DNA of 63,135 nt, counting the filler, from Globobulimina sp. (taxonomy: Eukaryota), in NCBI GenBank assembly GCA_003354225.1. It is 30 parts of 30 records of this genome, joined end to end, with 100 filler letters (N's around TTAATTAATTAA, not from the genome) between each part and the next. Parts side by side here need not be neighbours in the genome. Positions count along the whole stretch, not along the records: positions 59,024 to 61,029 come from PIVH01009808.1; positions 61,130 to 63,135 come from PIVH01009809.1; 28 more parts are not named here. One strand, given 5' to 3'. The notes under the pieces are model-generated. The model made no database searches. It worked only from the letters and a program-made list of their open reading frames with translations, and had not been told where the DNA came from. Both the position numbers and the translations under genes were made by a program. The number at the start of each line of letters is the position of its first letter. The first letter of the stretch is position 1. Positions 59,626 through 63,135 of this stretch are shown piece after piece.

Positions 59626-60966
59626 CTATTCAACATCAATTTTGGAGCCATCACTGACTCTCAGCCGCTGAAAAGAATGTTTTTTTTTATTCCATGCTAC
59701 AATTTCATCATTTGCTCGGTTCTCCCAATTTCCATTCAATTCATACAAATATCGACACTTATTACACCGATTTGATTTATTAATAATATTTGCATTGGAC
59801 GACAAACAATACCTTACCTTTATCCACAACACTAAATACATGCAATTGATAATAATCCACAATAGGCAGCAAATAATAAATACAATATCAAGATTGGTAT
59901 TAATATAATTCGACTCAACTTCCATACAATTCAAAACCGACCAAATTATAACCAATCCCTGAACGATATAACCAGTCAAAATGTAATAATGACAGAACAT
60001 CATTTCAGACAATTTGGGGAGATGTGTGCTCATTAAATATTGTGTTGCCGCATAGGTCAATAATACGGTGATGGTATAACTTAGTTTCTCGTCATTGTCG
60101 TCAATAAAAAAAGTGCAAAACGAAGATGAGATGACCAAAAACAATGGAAACAGTAAAGTCCAAACATGATAGCCTTCCTTGGTGATAATCCTCAAACGAA
60201 TACATTGATGTTGTTGATTGAAATAAATCCACGGCGCAATCATTTCGATTTCATTTTCGAGCAACTCACTGGTCGTCACTTTCAAAGCAACGCTCCATAT
60301 TTTATCCATTGAATCACCTCTCGGCAATTCATGAAAGGCACAAATAATATCTGCGTTTTCAGTCTCTCCGTCGCTGTTTGGTTTATACAATGGATATTTT
60401 CTGTACTTCATTGAACATTTAACGTTTAAAAACTGAAAATCAAACGGAAACGCAAAAAGTTCGAGGTTTTCACTCAATTTTGCGGCTTTGAGGTTTATGC
60501 ATAAATGTGAAGCTCCAGTGGTTGTGTTATAATATAAACTCGGTGCTTCTCTGTAATTTATCCCAACTTCATTTTGTTGATCAAATAGCCGGCGACAATC
60601 GATGGGCAACTTATTATTGAATTTGATTGTCTCATGGAGCAAATCTTTGACTTTGATTATCATATCATTGTGATGCTTATTCTTATTACAAAGTTGAAAC
60701 TGTTCCAAGTTATCATTTTCATTCTCATCAAACAAATATTTGTGCATTAAACCTGACACTTTCTGCTTTATTTGATGCTGAGGCGGCCATCGCCAGAAAA
60801 CGTTGATATATCCAGAAATAACGAAATATTCACCACGAATATCAAATTCTTCGAGTTGTAATGAACAGGATAACCAAGATTTTATTGATTTCTTTGATTT
60901 CTTGAAAACATTACTCTTTTCCTCATCATCATTGATGTTTGTTAATATAGGATTTATATCTGCCAT
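59626..60966 (-). CDS. Cys-less (Pro-loop) pentameric ligand-gated ion channel subunit
   Basis: LELFAFPFDFQFL Pro-loop; four TM helices (M1 LLFPLFLV, M2 KLSYTITVLLT, M2-M3 loop LPKLS, M4). Confidence 0.82.
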   Translation of the reverse strand: MADINPILTNINDDEEKSNVFKKSKKSIKSWLSCSLQLEEFDIRGEYFVISGYINVFWRWPPQHQIKQKVSGLMHKYLFDENENDNLEQFQLCNKNKHHNDMIIKVKDLLHETIKFNNKLPIDCRRLFDQQNEVGINYREAPSLYYNTTTGASHLCINLKAAKLSENLELFAFPFDFQFLNVKCSMKYRKYPLYKPNSDGETENADIICAFHELPRGDSMDKIWSVALKVTTSELLENEIEMIAPWIYFNQQHQCIRLRIITKEGYHVWTLLFPLFLVISSSFCTFFIDDNDEKLSYTITVLLTYAATQYLMSTHLPKLSEMMFCHYYILTGYIVQGLVIIWSVLNCMEVESNYINTNLDIVFIICCLLWIIINCMYLVLWIKVRYCLSSNANIINKSNRCNKCRYLYELNGNWENRANDEIVAWNKKKHSFQRLRVSDGSKIDVE

Positions 60967-61129
60967 GATTTCGATTGTGAGTGAGTAGAAACGTTTGAAC
61001 AAACAACAAAAAAAAACACAACAAAAAGCNNNNNNNNNNNNNNNNNNNNNNNNNNNNNNNNNNNNNNNNNNNNTTAATTAATTAANNNNNNNNNNNNNNN
61101 NNNNNNNNNNNNNNNNNNNNNNNNNNNNN

Positions 61130-63135
61130 TTGCCGTCAGCCATCCAACACATTGCCTTAAAATGCAAAGATACCGAAAGCATATCGCATGAAATCAACTT
61201 TAAGAATGATATTACAAATCCGTTGCTATTGAAAGCGCAAAAGATTGCCACCCATAGATCACAGTTACCAGCAAATCATAAGCAGTCCTCATTGCAATCC
61301 AATCCATGTATTTATGACATTAATGTGTCATCGCCATTCAATGTGGCACCAAAACAGTTAAAATTGTCAGATAAAACAGACGAAAATGAGGCAAGTAATG
61401 CCAGTTTAAAGGTAACGTTTAACCCCAAAGGACCGGGCTGTTATCCATGTACAATCACATTGGCATCACATTTTATCGATGATAAAGCAAATAATATGTT
61501 CAATATTGGTGATATTCGGATATATGTTCTTGAAATAACCGCCTGTTCAGAAGGGACACGCGCTGAATTGCAATTTACTGCGCATGCAAATGAGAGAGTG
61601 ATGCAGAAGATCCCCATCGTAAACAGTACATCCAATGACTGGAGGATCACTCAGGAAATCACTGGTGAGGCAGTGCACGATTTTAATACGGAAAAACAAA
61701 AAGAATTTACAGTGCCGAGTGAGACTACAAATTATTACAACTTAATATATGAACCGAAATGGATTTCGCACAACAAAACCGCACAATTAATATTAAATAA
61801 TCACGCAACGGGCGAGAAATATACGTATGATTTAAATTGTACATCTTTGGAACCATTGGCCATCGATCATATTGTACTGCAATGTCAGGCAAAAGCAACC
61901 ATTGAACACGAGTTTGAAATTCCAAATCCATACACAAACAAGCAACAAAGTGTGGAGTATATGATCGAATCGGATCTGTCATCCAAATCGGTTCAATTAC
62001 GTGGCGATGATTCGATTTGTATTGACTCCAAATCCAAATCTGAAACATATAAATTATGCATCACTCCACAATGCGGCGGCACTATACATGGCTCCATCTC
62101 ATTCATTGAGAAAAACAATAAAACCAAGAAATTTATATGGTATGCCATGGAATTAAATTGTTCGTCGCCGGAACCTGAAAAAAGTATTAAAATATCGGCG
62201 TATTTGCGTGAAGTGGTCTGTATTGAGATAAATTTATCCAATCCATTATCAGAAATGATTGAGTTTACTGTCTCGATTGTTGGGGAGGGATTATTTGGCG
62301 CAGAGACCTTAACATTGCGTGCGAAACAGGATAAATATATTTATAAATTGCATTATTCGCCGTTGATAACGGGCGAGGTCAAAGGCAGTATTTCGTTCAG
62401 TAATGATATAAGCGGCGAATTTTGGTATTCTTTAATTTTGATTGGTAAGAAACCGCCGTCGATTCAATTAAAAGATATGATTTGTAGTGTTGGCAATGTG
62501 TGCAATCAGGAAATCAAAATTGAAAACCCATTCAATGAAATGATTACGTTGAGCAATGAAAATATTCTGATATCAAATAAGAAATTCTATTTACAAAATA
62601 AAATGAAAGCAATCCGCATTAACAAATCGAGTGTTACACCAATCTGTTTATGTTACCGTCCCTCATTAATTGGCATAAAACAGGAATGTGACATTATTTT
62701 AAAGCATAATAAATTGGGCGAATGGAATTATAATGTTTTTGGTTTGGGGAAAGAGCCAAATATAGAAAAGAAAACCATTATTTATGCTATGTTACATTCC
62801 AGAATTTCAAAAGTGATTTCTTTTCAAAATCCATTCGATCAGATCTTAAAAATCCAAATCGAGCTGGAATTGCAGGACAATGAGAAAGTGTTTCAAATGT
62901 TTATTAAAAAAAAACAAAAAGGCCTTGTTAGTGTGGCACCGAATTCGTCACTGCAAATTCCTATATTTTTCTCGCCAGATACAATGAAACAATATTCAGC
63001 CAAATTAGTGATTGGAACCAATAATTATACAAAGAATGAACGAGAATTGGTTTGGAATTATCCCATTGTTGGTTTGGCTCAATTTCAGTCCTCGCAATTA
63101 TTAAATGTCAAATGCAATGCAAGGGAGATATTTCA
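61130..63135 (+). CDS. CFAP47: Cilia- and flagella-associated protein 47, C-terminal Ig/ASH-like region; open at both ends and absent from the ORF track
   Basis: Frame from 61130 appears stop-free: DIRIYVLE...AELQF...QKIPIVN..DW, EPLAIDHI, ESDL, GSISF...WY..., GEGLFG, GEFWY. Confidence 0.78.
   Translation, partial: MPSAIQHIALKCKDTESISHEINFKNDITNPLLLKAQKIATHRSQLPANHKQSSLQSNPCIYDINVSSPFNVAPKQLKLSDKTDENEASNASLKVTFNPKGPGCYPCTITLASHFIDDKANNMFNIGDIRIYVLEITACSEGTRAELQFTAHANERVMQKIPIVNSTSNDWRITQEITGEAVHDFNTEKQKEFTVPSETTNYYNLIYEPKWISHNKTAQLILNNHATGEKYTYDLNCTSLEPLAIDHIVLQCQAKATIEHEFEIPNPYTNKQQSVEYMIESDLSSKSVQLRGDDSICIDSKSKSETYKLCITPQCGGTIHGSISFIEKNNKTKKFIWYAMELNCSSPEPEKSIKISAYLREVVCIEINLSNPLSEMIEFTVSIVGEGLFGAETLTLRAKQDKYIYKLHYSPLITGEVKGSISFSNDISGEFWYSLILIGKKPPSIQLKDMICSVGNVCNQEIKIENPFNEMITLSNENILISNKKFYLQNKMKAIRINKSSVTPICLCYRPSLIGIKQECDIILKHNKLGEWNYNVFGLGKEPNIEKKTIIYAMLHSRISKVISFQNPFDQILKIQIELELQDNEKVFQMFIKKKQKGLVSVAPNSSLQIPIFFSPDTMKQYSAKLVIGTNNYTKNERELVWNYPIVGLAQFQSSQLLNVKCNAREIF

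Noticed and set aside
2011-61129. Regularly spaced TTAATTAATTAA motif as a biological repeat or array
   Set aside because: Always embedded in N44 pads between size-sorted contigs; it is an assembly linker.

Overview
This is not one locus. It is 30 unrelated ~2 kb contigs sorted by length (2010 down to 2006 bp), joined by 29 artificial 100-nt spacers (N44-TTAATTAATTAA-N44, stops in all six frames), so adjacency across spacers has no biological meaning. The DNA is AT-rich, eukaryotic and nuclear, with short GT-AG introns (mostly 50-75 nt). Gene content suggests a protist with a flagellated stage, plausibly a rhizarian/foraminifer (inference only). Host genes recognised by motif include MAF1, an ERK-type MAPK, sulfite oxidase, a kinesin, PEAMT, a P450, a sterol desaturase-family enzyme, a PPR-SMR protein, SANBR, CFAP47, a MUN-C2 protein, a TM-RGS protein, a Cys-less pLGIC, and BTB-SPRY, RPEL, MYND, RING and WD40 proteins. 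Mobile DNA includes a Harbinger/ISL2EU-type transposase with an intron, a CRE-like RLE non-LTR retrotransposon, two DIRS-order tyrosine-recombinase (YR) retroelements, a Pif1 helicase and MITE-like inverted repeats. The two best leads are (1) a Polinton/adintovirus-like capsid module whose major capsid gene is split by two spliceosomal introns and lies head-to-head with a penton-like gene, and (2) a ~325-nt multi-hairpin insert inside a YR gene whose two ends recur, in permuted order, downstream of the same gene. All family calls are motif recognition by eye; no searches were run.
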